Virus record (IMG/VR): IMGVR_UViG_3300022871_000577
Location: 1-58,919 of that record
Reading direction: 5' to 3' (one strand)
Origin: a virus
Taxonomy: Duplodnaviria; Caudoviricetes
DNA length: 58,919 nt
The translations under genes were made by a program, and so were the position numbers. The notes under the pieces were generated by a model that was not told where the DNA came from, ran no database searches, and saw only the letters and a program-made list of their open reading frames with translations. Below are positions 36,985 to 46,296 of the stretch, in pieces; position 1 is the stretch's first letter, and each line of letters starts with the position of its first letter.

Positions 36985-39900
36985 TTAATCATTCATAAAT
37001 GTTAGAAAACCACCATCATTCAAAATGTCTGTTTCTCGCTCATTACATTCTGTAAGAGTATTATTAGCAAATCTAAACTTAAAGAATAATGAACCATGTA
37101 AAGCATCGCCCGTCTGATTCTTAGAAACAAAGAGTTCCATAATAGGATTGTATGCACCATTTTCATCTACCCAATGTAAATTACTATCTTGAATATTTTT
37201 TACTTGATGAAAGTTAGAATAAACACCACCAACGAATCTTGAGGCATACCACAAATCAATAGATTCTTTAATATCTTTACCACTAGGCTTAGCAGATGAT
37301 GACTTTGGAACTTCTGCTGTAGATATAATAGGACAATTAATCTGCTGTGGCAATCTCTTTAAATAAGAGGCAACTCTTTGAGCATTTTGTGTGGCCTCTA
37401 AGTGCTTTCCACTAGCTTGTAAGTCATGTAGATTGTCAATTACTACTACAAATTTCTTACCTCTTTCCATAGCTATCGTAGAGTGAATCTTAACATAATT
37501 ATCTAAATCGTCAAGAGTTCTAATATGAGAACCATCTTTAATAATAATATTATCTTTCATTTTCTTTAAGTTAGCCATACCGTTGAACCACTTATCATGT
37601 GTCTCACTATCAGGCTGTCTTACTTGCTTAGAAGTTAATCCTGAAGTGATACTCATTAATCGAGGTAGAATAGCTCTCTTAGCACCATCATCTAATGAAT
37701 AGAAGGCGACAAGAGTATCTTCATTCATCGCTAATTTATAAACAAAGTTTAATAGAAATGTTGTATTATGAGTTAATGTAAAGTCTCCTAATAAATATCT
37801 TCCTTTAGACTCTTTGTCTAGCGTAAAGCCATAATAGTCATCTACACCAAGAGCTTCAACAGAGAATCCTGTTTTTAGCGCATTCTTATTGCTTACACGA
37901 ATACGAGCGTGTTTTCTCTTTAGTTTTGTTGGTATTTTATTAATTTCTCCGAATATGTTAATTAAAAAATATTCTCTAATTTCATTTTTTTCTTTATAAA
38001 CATATTTAACTTTTTTAACTCTGTATGTTGAGCCTAGACCTAAAGAACGTGTTAAAAATAAAATATCATCTTTTAATTCACTCTCTTTACATGTAATAGA
38101 AAACATGCCTTTTGAATAGTAACCATCGGAGTCCAGTAATCCTGCAAGTAGTTGTAATCTATTTTCCTTCGAATTAATTAAATAATTATTTGGTACTCTT
38201 TTTATGTTATCTCTAACACACAGTCTTAGCTCATTTAATAAAGGATTATTACGATTCTTCCACTTATTGGTAAATGTATGCTTACTACATCTATTCTCTC
38301 TGTTTAACTTTTTATATATTAATTTATTTTCTTCTGCGAATTGTATAAAATAAGACTCTAATTCAATGTCTTTTCCTGTAATTTCAGGTTGATTTTTGGT
38401 TCCGTTACCTAACCAAAGACCTATAAAATAAGGGTCATATTTTACATACTGTTTCTTAAATTCAACAGACTTTCTTATTAGTTTACATCTATCTCTAAAA
38501 CATTTACTCTTTTTTAAATACGCATTAACTGAAAGTTCTAAAGTCAAATATTCTCTTTTTTTAGTTTTTTGATTTAATTGATTATAACTCAACACCAAAA
38601 TATGAGATTTATTTACGCCAAAAGACTCCCCTTTATTGGGTATAATATTAAATGTCTCTTCTTTACCTTTACAGACAGATTTAATAGTTACAGGATTACT
38701 ATTTTCTCCCATAAGAATATCATCTATATTAAGATTTTCTACAGATTTACTACTACCGTCATACATTAAAATTTTAGTTCCCTTAGTATGACACTTACCC
38801 GTTTCTGGAAAGCCTGCTAATAGATAGAGCGTATCCTCAAAACCACCAAATCTTTTATCGAATAAAGGAAAACCAGAAGGAATACCAGCAAAATTCTTAT
38901 TCCATGCGAGTTCTGTAAAGTCCTCTAACAATTCATCGTAAGCATCTTTCTCTTGCACATACTGAATCATGTTGAAAGAAGTTGAAGAATTAGACATATC
39001 ATCTATTGATTTTGTAAGCTGTCTTTTACCAATTTTTAAAGATTCTGCACATTCCGTAATGTAAGCCTCTTTTCTAATTAAGTTAGGACAACCTGCAATG
39101 AAGTCATAGATAATCTTTTCTTTAATTAATCCTTTTTCATAGTTCTCTATAAGATACTTTAAAGCAGAAAGTTTAGGTAAGTCTTTAAAATCATCTAGAG
39201 TATGCGTTTTCATATACTCATCGGGGTCTGGTTTAGCCTCGCCCTCTATAACAGGAATCTTGATAATAGAAATTTCAGAGTCTAGATTTTTCATTCTAAC
39301 TACTGTTCTTAAAAAACCATCTCTTGCTGTTCCTTTGTATAAATTATCTGGGTCTAAAGCTAAAAAGATTTTCTTAAATTCTATATTTGCTATCTTCTCT
39401 AAATTAGCATCATTGATAACATTTGTTAAACAACCAATAACATTTTGATTTGGATGTAAAGCAATAGCATCAAAGGGCCCTTCTACAATAGTTAATGTAT
39501 CATGTCCTCTAACACGCTCTATATTAAACAAATTACTTCCTTTAATACAGATTTTGATATACGGGTCATTATCTTCAGTATTAAACATACGAATAATTAG
39601 ACCAGAGTATTGATTGTTTTCATTCAAAATAGGAATTACAAGACCTTCTTTATGAAATACTGTAAGTAATCTATAATCGAATAAGCTTTTACATTCTTTA
39701 TTTAATTCAGGCGTAATATCGTTTGGAGATAAGCAACCAATTTTCCATGTCTGAAGTTTCTCTTTATTAATGTTTCGTTGCTTATAGTATGGAACGCCCT
39801 TTTGCAAGTTTTTCTTTTGAATAGATAGCTTATGAATATTCTCTAAAAATTTTCTTTGTCTATTTAGTGCCTTCTCATTTGCAGAATACTCATATTCTTC

Positions 39901-40218
39901 CTCTACAGGAATACTGTATTTTCTAGCCAAAACTTTAACTGCCTCGAAAAAGCTTGAACCTTTTATTGATACATTATTCTTAATACCATAAACATCAAAT
40001 ATATCGAAAGAACGCCGTTCTACAAAACAATATATTAAGTGATTCTTAGAGTCAGGTAAAAAGGCCGCTGATAATTTAGTTTCATCGTTATGGTCATGCG
40101 CCTCGGAATGCGGACATTGAACTTTCGTACCATTAGTTCTACACCCTAACTCATTAAGATATTCAGGTAATTTAGATTTAATTAGCTCTTTAATCTTATC
40201 TAAATTTTTAATGTGCAT
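36985..40218 (-). CDS. DNA primase-helicase fusion containing an intein
   Basis: Zn-binding CPHS..H...YCF, TOPRIM VEGPFD...DPD...PDPDE, DnaB-like GIPSGF...GFPETGK/T, VIDNLH, SKNQTG. Confidence 0.9.
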   Translation of the reverse strand: MHIKNLDKIKELIKSKLPEYLNELGCRTNGTKVQCPHSEAHDHNDETKLSAAFLPDSKNHLIYCFVERRSFDIFDVYGIKNNVSIKGSSFFEAVKVLARKYSIPVEEEYEYSANEKALNRQRKFLENIHKLSIQKKNLQKGVPYYKQRNINKEKLQTWKIGCLSPNDITPELNKECKSLFDYRLLTVFHKEGLVIPILNENNQYSGLIIRMFNTEDNDPYIKICIKGSNLFNIERVRGHDTLTIVEGPFDAIALHPNQNVIGCLTNVINDANLEKIANIEFKKIFLALDPDNLYKGTARDGFLRTVVRMKNLDSEISIIKIPVIEGEAKPDPDEYMKTHTLDDFKDLPKLSALKYLIENYEKGLIKEKIIYDFIAGCPNLIRKEAYITECAESLKIGKRQLTKSIDDMSNSSTSFNMIQYVQEKDAYDELLEDFTELAWNKNFAGIPSGFPLFDKRFGGFEDTLYLLAGFPETGKCHTKGTKILMYDGSSKSVENLNIDDILMGENSNPVTIKSVCKGKEETFNIIPNKGESFGVNKSHILVLSYNQLNQKTKKREYLTLELSVNAYLKKSKCFRDRCKLIRKSVEFKKQYVKYDPYFIGLWLGNGTKNQPEITGKDIELESYFIQFAEENKLIYKKLNRENRCSKHTFTNKWKNRNNPLLNELRLCVRDNIKRVPNNYLINSKENRLQLLAGLLDSDGYYSKGMFSITCKESELKDDILFLTRSLGLGSTYRVKKVKYVYKEKNEIREYFLINIFGEINKIPTKLKRKHARIRVSNKNALKTGFSVEALGVDDYYGFTLDKESKGRYLLGDFTLTHNTTFLLNFVYKLAMNEDTLVAFYSLDDGAKRAILPRLMSITSGLTSKQVRQPDSETHDKWFNGMANLKKMKDNIIIKDGSHIRTLDDLDNYVKIHSTIAMERGKKFVVVIDNLHDLQASGKHLEATQNAQRVASYLKRLPQQINCPIISTAEVPKSSSAKPSGKDIKESIDLWYASRFVGGVYSNFHQVKNIQDSNLHWVDENGAYNPIMELFVSKNQTGDALHGSLFFKFRFANNTLTECNERETDILNDGGFLTFMND
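37765..38793 (-). mobile_element. contiguous intein with LAGLIDADG homing endonuclease (343 aa)
   Basis: GK|CHTKGTKILMYDG...VNKSHIL...LLAGLLDSDG...YYGFTL...LTHN|T, inserted in helicase Walker A. Confidence 0.95.
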
Positions 40219-40647
40219 TTATCGCCTCTTCTTTCTTTTACTCTCTTTGGTCTCTCTTAGAAAGACTGTTGATTCTTCTCCAGCCTGTTTTTTCTCAGCA
40301 CGTCTTTTAAAATAAGACTTCTTGGAAGGCGTTTCTACAACGGTTTCTGCAACTGTTTCTTCAATGTTCTCATTAATAGTTTCTTTTACTGGCTGAACTT
40401 TATCAACTTTCTTAATTTTTCTAGATTTTTCTGCTCTCTTTTTATTAGGATTTCTCACTACTGCAACTTTACTGAGATGAGTAGCACTTTTAACTATAGC
40501 CTCTATAGTGGGCTTTAGATAAGATACACCACCTCGTAATAAAGTCTTGCACTTGTCGCAATACTCATAAGAAATTAAAACGATACCGTCATGTCGTGGC
40601 TCTCTTTTATATTTCTTTATTATATTTTTATGTTTACATTTAAACAT
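40219..40647 (-). CDS. hypothetical basic protein with zinc-binding motif
   Basis: CKH...CDKC; Lys-rich tail. Confidence 0.55.
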   Translation of the reverse strand: MFKCKHKNIIKKYKREPRHDGIVLISYEYCDKCKTLLRGGVSYLKPTIEAIVKSATHLSKVAVVRNPNKKRAEKSRKIKKVDKVQPVKETINENIEETVAETVVETPSKKSYFKRRAEKKQAGEESTVFLRETKESKRKKRR

Positions 40648-40660
40648 GATTTACTTTCTA

Positions 40661-41065
40661 TTATACTAGGATTCGAGACCAAGAATAAAACTCAATAGAA
40701 GTCTTTTCTTTAGTTTCTGTTTTATTATAAACTGATAATTTGTTTACTGCTTTAAGTGGCTTAGCTTTATAATCAACTGGACGAGCATCACTAGAGTATT
40801 TCTTGACAGCTATTGCTAGACCTTGCATCACTCTCTGAAATAATACTTTAATATCCTTCTTCTCAAGAAGCATACAAGCTGTTGAGGATAGAGGAAGTGT
40901 TACTCCGTATGATGTAGCTTTATCAACTAATGTAATATGATACTGATTATCTTTCCCTCTAAAAGGGTCCAAATAACAATATGTCCTATTACTATACTCA
41001 GAGTTGTCAAATATAATCTCCTTAAAGCATTGTCTGCAAAGCTCGTTCATATTCTCTGGATTCAT
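40661..41065 (-). CDS. hypothetical protein
   Basis: 134 aa ORF, AAGGAG RBS. Confidence 0.55.
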   Translation of the reverse strand: MNPENMNELCRQCFKEIIFDNSEYSNRTYCYLDPFRGKDNQYHITLVDKATSYGVTLPLSSTACMLLEKKDIKVLFQRVMQGLAIAVKKYSSDARPVDYKAKPLKAVNKLSVYNKTETKEKTSIEFYSWSRILV

Positions 41066-41066
41066 C

Positions 41067-41465
41067 TTAATTACTCCTTTTTGCGTTTTGTCTTAATTCC
41101 ATAAATCTACAATTCTCAATCGTATAATTTTCACCACTATCTATTCTATCAATACTAGGTTTTAGCATTAAGCCTGCATTATCTCTTAACCACAGCTCTT
41201 TTAATTCCTCTGCCGTAATCTTGACTTCAATACCTTTTGCCCCATAGTATTTATAATCTTTAAGCTTTACGTTATAACATCTTTGTTTAATCTTTACAAG
41301 AACTCTTAGCCAAGGAAACTTTTCGTGCTTAATTCTGGCCTTTTCTTTTAATAGTCTTTTGTTTTCTTCTCTATATAACTTGGCATTAACTATCGCATCT
41401 TCTCTATGAGTTTTACGATATTGTATCTCACATTCTTTTTGTTTTTGTTTATCGTTATATGGCAT
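41067..41465 (-). CDS. HNH-like endonuclease (PSIDRID family)
   Basis: IKQRCYN...YYGAKGI...PSIDRIDSGENYTIENCRF. Confidence 0.75.
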   Translation of the reverse strand: MPYNDKQKQKECEIQYRKTHREDAIVNAKLYREENKRLLKEKARIKHEKFPWLRVLVKIKQRCYNVKLKDYKYYGAKGIEVKITAEELKELWLRDNAGLMLKPSIDRIDSGENYTIENCRFMELRQNAKRSN

Positions 41466-41659
41466 TATTTTGTGTCCTTTGGGTAATCGTTCTGATAGAA
41501 TCCTTCACCTCTAAGAATGAAGTTCTTGGTACAACTAATAAGTCTAATCATAAGATTTTTACATTTAGAACATTCTCTAGCATCATCTCTTTTAGATATA
41601 GCTACAAAATCTTCCTCTTCATGACCACACTTCTCACATTTAAAGTCATACGTTGGCAT
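41465..41659 (-). CDS. FmdB-family zinc-ribbon protein
   Basis: MPTYDFKCEKCGH...CSKC...RLIS...GEGFYQNDY. Confidence 0.9.
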   Translation of the reverse strand: MPTYDFKCEKCGHEEEDFVAISKRDDARECSKCKNLMIRLISCTKNFILRGEGFYQNDYPKDTK

Positions 41660-42126
41660 TATGCGTCTACCTCTGGATTATCAGATGTTTGAGATGCGAA
41701 TTTTTGACTGTTAATAATGTTTCTACATGTTTTCATTACTTCAGTAGCACCATTTAGTGAGCCTAAAACCTTATCTCTTAACTTTCTTTCCGGAGCCGTA
41801 TACAAGGCAGACTCTTTATCAGCCGAAGCAGATACAAATTTTGTATTCTCAGCTTCTAGTTTGTTTTTAAGATACATATAATAGGCTAGTTCTTTATTCT
41901 TTTTTAGAGATGATATTTTTTGATACCATTCTTCTAGAATAATATAGTGGGCGTTTACATCTTTTTCTAACTCTTTTATTTGATTAATGTTATTCACATT
42001 TAATTTTAAAAGAATACTTTTTGTGCTGGTTATTGCTTTACACGAACTGTCTACAATCTTCTCCACTTTTAGCAATGCTTTGGAGTCATCTTTTTTCAAC
42101 TCATCAATTTGTTTTTCTAAAGACAT
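41659..42126 (-). CDS. hypothetical coiled-coil protein
   Basis: AAGGAG RBS before ATG 42126; downstream of a promoter. Confidence 0.6.
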   Translation of the reverse strand: MSLEKQIDELKKDDSKALLKVEKIVDSSCKAITSTKSILLKLNVNNINQIKELEKDVNAHYIILEEWYQKISSLKKNKELAYYMYLKNKLEAENTKFVSASADKESALYTAPERKLRDKVLGSLNGATEVMKTCRNIINSQKFASQTSDNPEVDA

Positions 42127-42163
42127 CGTATTTCTCCTTGTTATCAATTTGTTTTATACAGTA

Positions 42164-42200
42164 AGTATAGCATACAAACTACACTTTGTCAAGTTTTATT
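42164..42200 (-). promoter_or_regulatory. sigma70-type promoter
   Basis: AATAAAAC TTGACA (42192-42187), 17-nt spacer ending TGC, TATACT (42169-42164). Confidence 0.85.
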
Positions 42201-43470
42201 TTTTCTTTTTGTCTGTTTTCTTAGTTTTGCTATCCTTTGTTTTTTCTGCGGCCTCAACATCTGACTCAGACTTTGCAGGTAAATGAAAGAATAGACTTCT
42301 TGCTTCATCTATAGTTAGAATACCTTCTTCATTGCCCGTCAATAGATTTGCAATTCTAGCTTTGTCATAATTAAGTCGTGTTCCTAGAAGATTGGAAACA
42401 ACTGTAGTTTCTAGATTTTGAAAACCTAATCTGACCAAAACATTATTATAAATAAAAGACTCATACTTGAGAATAGGCATTACAACATTCTCTAGAAATC
42501 GAGCCTTCTGTTCTCTTGCGTTTAATGAACCTGTACCTTGAGCTAGATTTAACATAAACGGTGGAACTTTATAAATAGATGCAACTTTAAGACCCATCCA
42601 TTTCTGAATCTCAATAATATCTGAAGGTTCCCAATAAGGAATTGTCTTTAAATCAACTTCTTTATTGATACCCAACATCTTAGCACCTTCAACCATAAGT
42701 CCATTTAAATATTCTACAAATTCTTCTAATTCTTTCTTAGATACGGAAGAACCTTTTTTAAATGAAACAAATGCAGGTTTATAAAAACCTCTTTTAACAA
42801 AATCAACCAATTTCTTAGCAGACTCTTTATCTGTTGTTATATCATCATACCCTCTTTGAATAGAGCTAGTGCCTAATGTTGCATCACTATCTTTATTAAT
42901 ACAAAAGTGCATAACTTCTTTGTGCTTTAATAGAAGGTCTTTCTTTTCGTTCTTATCCTGCTTAAACTCAGAATTACTTCCTATTTTTAAAAACTTATAC
43001 TTGGGTGGATTATCGTCTGTAATTCTCAGAGTATACCCCGGCACAACTGTTAGCTGACTAGGTAATTTATTCTTATACTCAATAACACACGCACCATTTC
43101 CCCATCTAAGCATATCCTTTAAATACTGCTTTCTAATCATAAATAGAGGTTCTACTAAAGAAGGATAATTTAGAAATCCTTGAATATCATCTACTTCTGA
43201 CCGTGGGTCCGTATATAGGTCATACTTAACAACCTCGTCTACGATTGTCTCAATACATGCTTCTGCCCATATCGTAGTCATAATAAGCTCTCTAAGCTGT
43301 GCTACAGATTGCCTTGCATATGGCTGATATATTACAGACTTTGTTCCGAAGCTTACAGACTCCAGTTTTCTATCTCTTACTTGTTGCGTAGGCTTTAATC
43401 TAACTGCCGATTTTCTTGGACGACCTACTGGGTTTTTTGTTACTCTTTTATTTACTTTCTTAGACATCAT
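42196..43470 (-). CDS. portal protein (HK97-like)
   Basis: ACIETI, DMLRWGNG, EVMHF, VASIYKVPPFML, F.ENVVMP, GILTIDEAR; follows terminase. Confidence 0.85.
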   Translation of the reverse strand: MMSKKVNKRVTKNPVGRPRKSAVRLKPTQQVRDRKLESVSFGTKSVIYQPYARQSVAQLRELIMTTIWAEACIETIVDEVVKYDLYTDPRSEVDDIQGFLNYPSLVEPLFMIRKQYLKDMLRWGNGACVIEYKNKLPSQLTVVPGYTLRITDDNPPKYKFLKIGSNSEFKQDKNEKKDLLLKHKEVMHFCINKDSDATLGTSSIQRGYDDITTDKESAKKLVDFVKRGFYKPAFVSFKKGSSVSKKELEEFVEYLNGLMVEGAKMLGINKEVDLKTIPYWEPSDIIEIQKWMGLKVASIYKVPPFMLNLAQGTGSLNAREQKARFLENVVMPILKYESFIYNNVLVRLGFQNLETTVVSNLLGTRLNYDKARIANLLTGNEEGILTIDEARSLFFHLPAKSESDVEAAEKTKDSKTKKTDKKKK

Positions 43471-43486
43471 TTCCTCCTAATTAGGG

Positions 43487-45133
43487 TTATTTGCCAATTA
43501 CAGCTAACGGTTCTCCGTCATCTTCTTCTACTATTGAAAATACAAATCCTGCTAAACAATCTGAAACATCTTTTGAACCATGATTGATGCCCTCTTCTCT
43601 CATTCTCCATTTACTAGCTTTCGGGTGGTCAATCCTATTTTTATCGGTAATAAGCAATTCTGTTAGCTCTCTTATTGCAGGTGGATAAAGATAATAATTA
43701 ATATCTCTTTTATATATAAAATCTTTGAGTGTATCATAGGGCCCAGTATTCTTCTCTAAAGAAATAATCTTTGCACCTATTCCGTTTTTCTCGCAGATGT
43801 TTAAAAATAGTGCCGAGTTCCATCCATCAGCGGTTACTTTTATAATCGGGAACTTCAACTTTTTAAATAACTTTGTAATAACAAATTCTAAGATTTCGTT
43901 TAAATCAATCTCTTTAGACTTATCTTCAGATTGGGGAGAACGTATCTGTAACATTAAATCAACATAGATTTTTGTTTTATCTAAGATGTGATAAGTGTGT
44001 CCCATAGAAAGTCCCGCACAATCAACTACGCCTCTAGAAAGGTCAATATGTACATAATACTGAGCGTTTGAGTGCTTTTCTTTCTCAAATTTAATTTTCT
44101 GTGCTAACTCTTCTGAAGGATTCTCTTCATAATCTCTTTCCATTACTTCTATTTCGTGAGTATGATAGGGTCTAAACCAATGTTCTAGTTCTTCGTTCAT
44201 TATATTATGTGTCCAGACTCTATTTAACGCACTTTCATTATTGTTTTCTTCTAGTATAATAGGAGACTCTCGCTCATAATTAATACAATCTGTAATTCTA
44301 TCAGCTCTCTTAATAAAGTTATTCGCTCTATACTTCGGTATCTTACATTCATACATTAACATTGCTGTGGAAGGGTCCTCGTCGAACTCTTCTTTATAAG
44401 TTTCTTTGTGTACTGCGTATTTCTTTATTTCGGGTAAACAAGATTTATCTGACCTAATATCCCAAGTGGCCGCTCTATCACAATAAGTCTTTGACATATG
44501 TCCATCTTCTGCTCTATCTAAAAGATAAGACATGTAATCATTCGGCGAAGTCAAATAAGAAATATAAAATAATTTATAATGTTTAGGACAACGTGTTCTT
44601 GCTGATGTTCTAATATGTTTTCTTATATTCTGTGCTTGGTCAAATCTAAAAGTTCCAATCTCATCAAAGATTCCTAGAACAACATTCTTACCCTCAGATT
44701 TTGATTCTCTAGAGTTCATAGACCACGCTCTAATGTTCTTTGGAAATAAAATAGCATTACGAATAATATCTCTTTCAATATTCATGCCTAATTCTTCAAA
44801 GAAATTCTTTCCTGTAGCAGGGTCTATTGTCTGACTAACCATTCTTACAAATTTCTCAAAAAATACAGATTTTGCTTGGTCAGCATCAAACGCAACATTA
44901 ACAACGTCTATAGGTTCACCACTTTTAATGCCTAATGTTTCTTGTGGGTCGTTTAAGCAACATAGCCAATAAATAGTATAGCATAACAGACAGGCGATAG
45001 TTAGGTCTTTTCCTGAATTATGATGTAGTATTCCTTGATTATCATAATAACAGTTAGTCTGCTTAACTTCTAAATCATAGTAAACTTGAGTTTCTAACTC
45101 TTCTATTTTTGTTATAGTCTCGTACTTTTTCAT
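43487..45133 (-). CDS. terminase large subunit, C-terminal fragment led by a 39-aa C-intein
   Basis: IntC ...YDLEV...GILHHN|SGKD; NVAFDADQA, GIFDE (Walker B), HIDLS...D, DGWNS, DHP...SKDVSD nuclease motifs. Confidence 0.9.
   Translation of the reverse strand: MKKYETITKIEELETQVYYDLEVKQTNCYYDNQGILHHNSGKDLTIACLLCYTIYWLCCLNDPQETLGIKSGEPIDVVNVAFDADQAKSVFFEKFVRMVSQTIDPATGKNFFEELGMNIERDIIRNAILFPKNIRAWSMNSRESKSEGKNVVLGIFDEIGTFRFDQAQNIRKHIRTSARTRCPKHYKLFYISYLTSPNDYMSYLLDRAEDGHMSKTYCDRAATWDIRSDKSCLPEIKKYAVHKETYKEEFDEDPSTAMLMYECKIPKYRANNFIKRADRITDCINYERESPIILEENNNESALNRVWTHNIMNEELEHWFRPYHTHEIEVMERDYEENPSEELAQKIKFEKEKHSNAQYYVHIDLSRGVVDCAGLSMGHTYHILDKTKIYVDLMLQIRSPQSEDKSKEIDLNEILEFVITKLFKKLKFPIIKVTADGWNSALFLNICEKNGIGAKIISLEKNTGPYDTLKDFIYKRDINYYLYPPAIRELTELLITDKNRIDHPKASKWRMREEGINHGSKDVSDCLAGFVFSIVEEDDGEPLAVIGK
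45017..45133 (-). mobile_element. split intein C-fragment (IntC)
   Basis: MKKYETITKIEELETQVYYDLEVKQTNCYYDNQGILHHN followed by Ser; blocks F and G. Confidence 0.9.
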
Positions 45134-46296
45134 AATACACCTAACTTGATTAAGTCGTTTTTTCTTAGCACTTCATAATTAACATCAAATTCTTCTTTGA
45201 AAGTTTCTGTTTTTTCTTTTGAATCACGAAAACAGAAACTTTTAATTTCGATAAACTTATTATGTTCCTTAATATAAAAATCAGGAATATATGTCTTACC
45301 GTTTTTAAAAGTAAAACTATGCTTTTCATATTCCCATGTCAATTCTTCTGCATCTAGATATCTTGCAAAAGCTACTTCCCAGCTAGAACGCATTTTTATA
45401 TTTTTATACTTAAATACGTTACCTAACCATTCACCTCGCATAGCTTTACAAAAAGCACATGAACAATCTTTTTTATGATTCTTCATACCTTTATTTATCA
45501 ATGCCATTTTTTGTTTTGTCTCTTTTGATAATTTTGTACCGAGTAACTTTTCTGATATTTTATTTTTGACTGACTGTGACCGTTCAATACCTTTATTCCA
45601 GGTTGTGTGTCCTTTTTCAAATCTACCTGAATTTGAGGAATTTTTGATATTCTCTTTATGCTCTTTTGTCTTAGAAACATTTAACATTGATTTAGATATT
45701 TTATCTCTTCTAGCAGTTTCTTGTGTAGCTGACATATTTTCTTTTGGCGAATCATTAACTAATATCTTGTCTGTTTTCTTTAACTGACTTAGCGTTACCC
45801 AACCATTTTTAGTTTTGAATTTATGTTCCGCACTAACTACAACTGTTTTTTCGCTTTCTAAAGTTACTCTGTATAATTTAGCCTTACCTGCTTTAAATGG
45901 AATACCAGATTTAACTATCTTATCCTTATAACGAATAATATTATTTGCATCTTTGTACGTCTCACAAGTCTTGATATTAATTGCTTTCTTCTCTTTTGCA
46001 AACTGCTCTACACTTTTTACCTCTTGAGTAATCTCATCTTTCAATAAAGTATTCTTATGTAAACAGCCCTTTCCCCAAGCTAATACAAATTCATTAAACT
46101 TATCACTCAGCATTGTATGGCCATTATTAAATGCGGCCGATACAGCTTTTTGCTGTCTAGGAAATAAAGGGGACTTTAGCCAATCCCTAAAGAATATCTC
46201 AGAGGATACAGGTTGAATAGCAAACTTTTTTGACTTGTTTACTACTTTCTGCTCTGCATCTTCCCAGAAATTTTCCCAATTCTTATTATCTGCCAT
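45130..46296 (-). CDS. terminase large subunit N-terminal fragment (77 aa) + N-intein + NUMOD3/PD-(D/E)xK endonuclease
   Basis: PRQ, FVLAWGKG|CLHKNT (block A), VSAEHKF (block B), ETKQKM/KNKISEKL repeats, RSSWE...YIPDFY...EIKS. Confidence 0.9.
   Translation of the reverse strand: MADNKNWENFWEDAEQKVVNKSKKFAIQPVSSEIFFRDWLKSPLFPRQQKAVSAAFNNGHTMLSDKFNEFVLAWGKGCLHKNTLLKDEITQEVKSVEQFAKEKKAINIKTCETYKDANNIIRYKDKIVKSGIPFKAGKAKLYRVTLESEKTVVVSAEHKFKTKNGWVTLSQLKKTDKILVNDSPKENMSATQETARRDKISKSMLNVSKTKEHKENIKNSSNSGRFEKGHTTWNKGIERSQSVKNKISEKLLGTKLSKETKQKMALINKGMKNHKKDCSCAFCKAMRGEWLGNVFKYKNIKMRSSWEVAFARYLDAEELTWEYEKHSFTFKNGKTYIPDFYIKEHNKFIEIKSFCFRDSKEKTETFKEEFDVNYEVLRKNDLIKLGVL
45751..46065 (-). mobile_element. 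split intein N-fragment (IntN, ~105 aa Hint half)
   Basis: CLHKNTLL...LYRVTLESEKTVVVSAEHKFKTKNGWVTLSQLKKTDKILV. Confidence 0.9.

Noticed and set aside
45498-45680. Alternative-frame ORF inside the intein endonuclease
   Set aside because: Nested in a well-supported coding frame with no RBS or motif.
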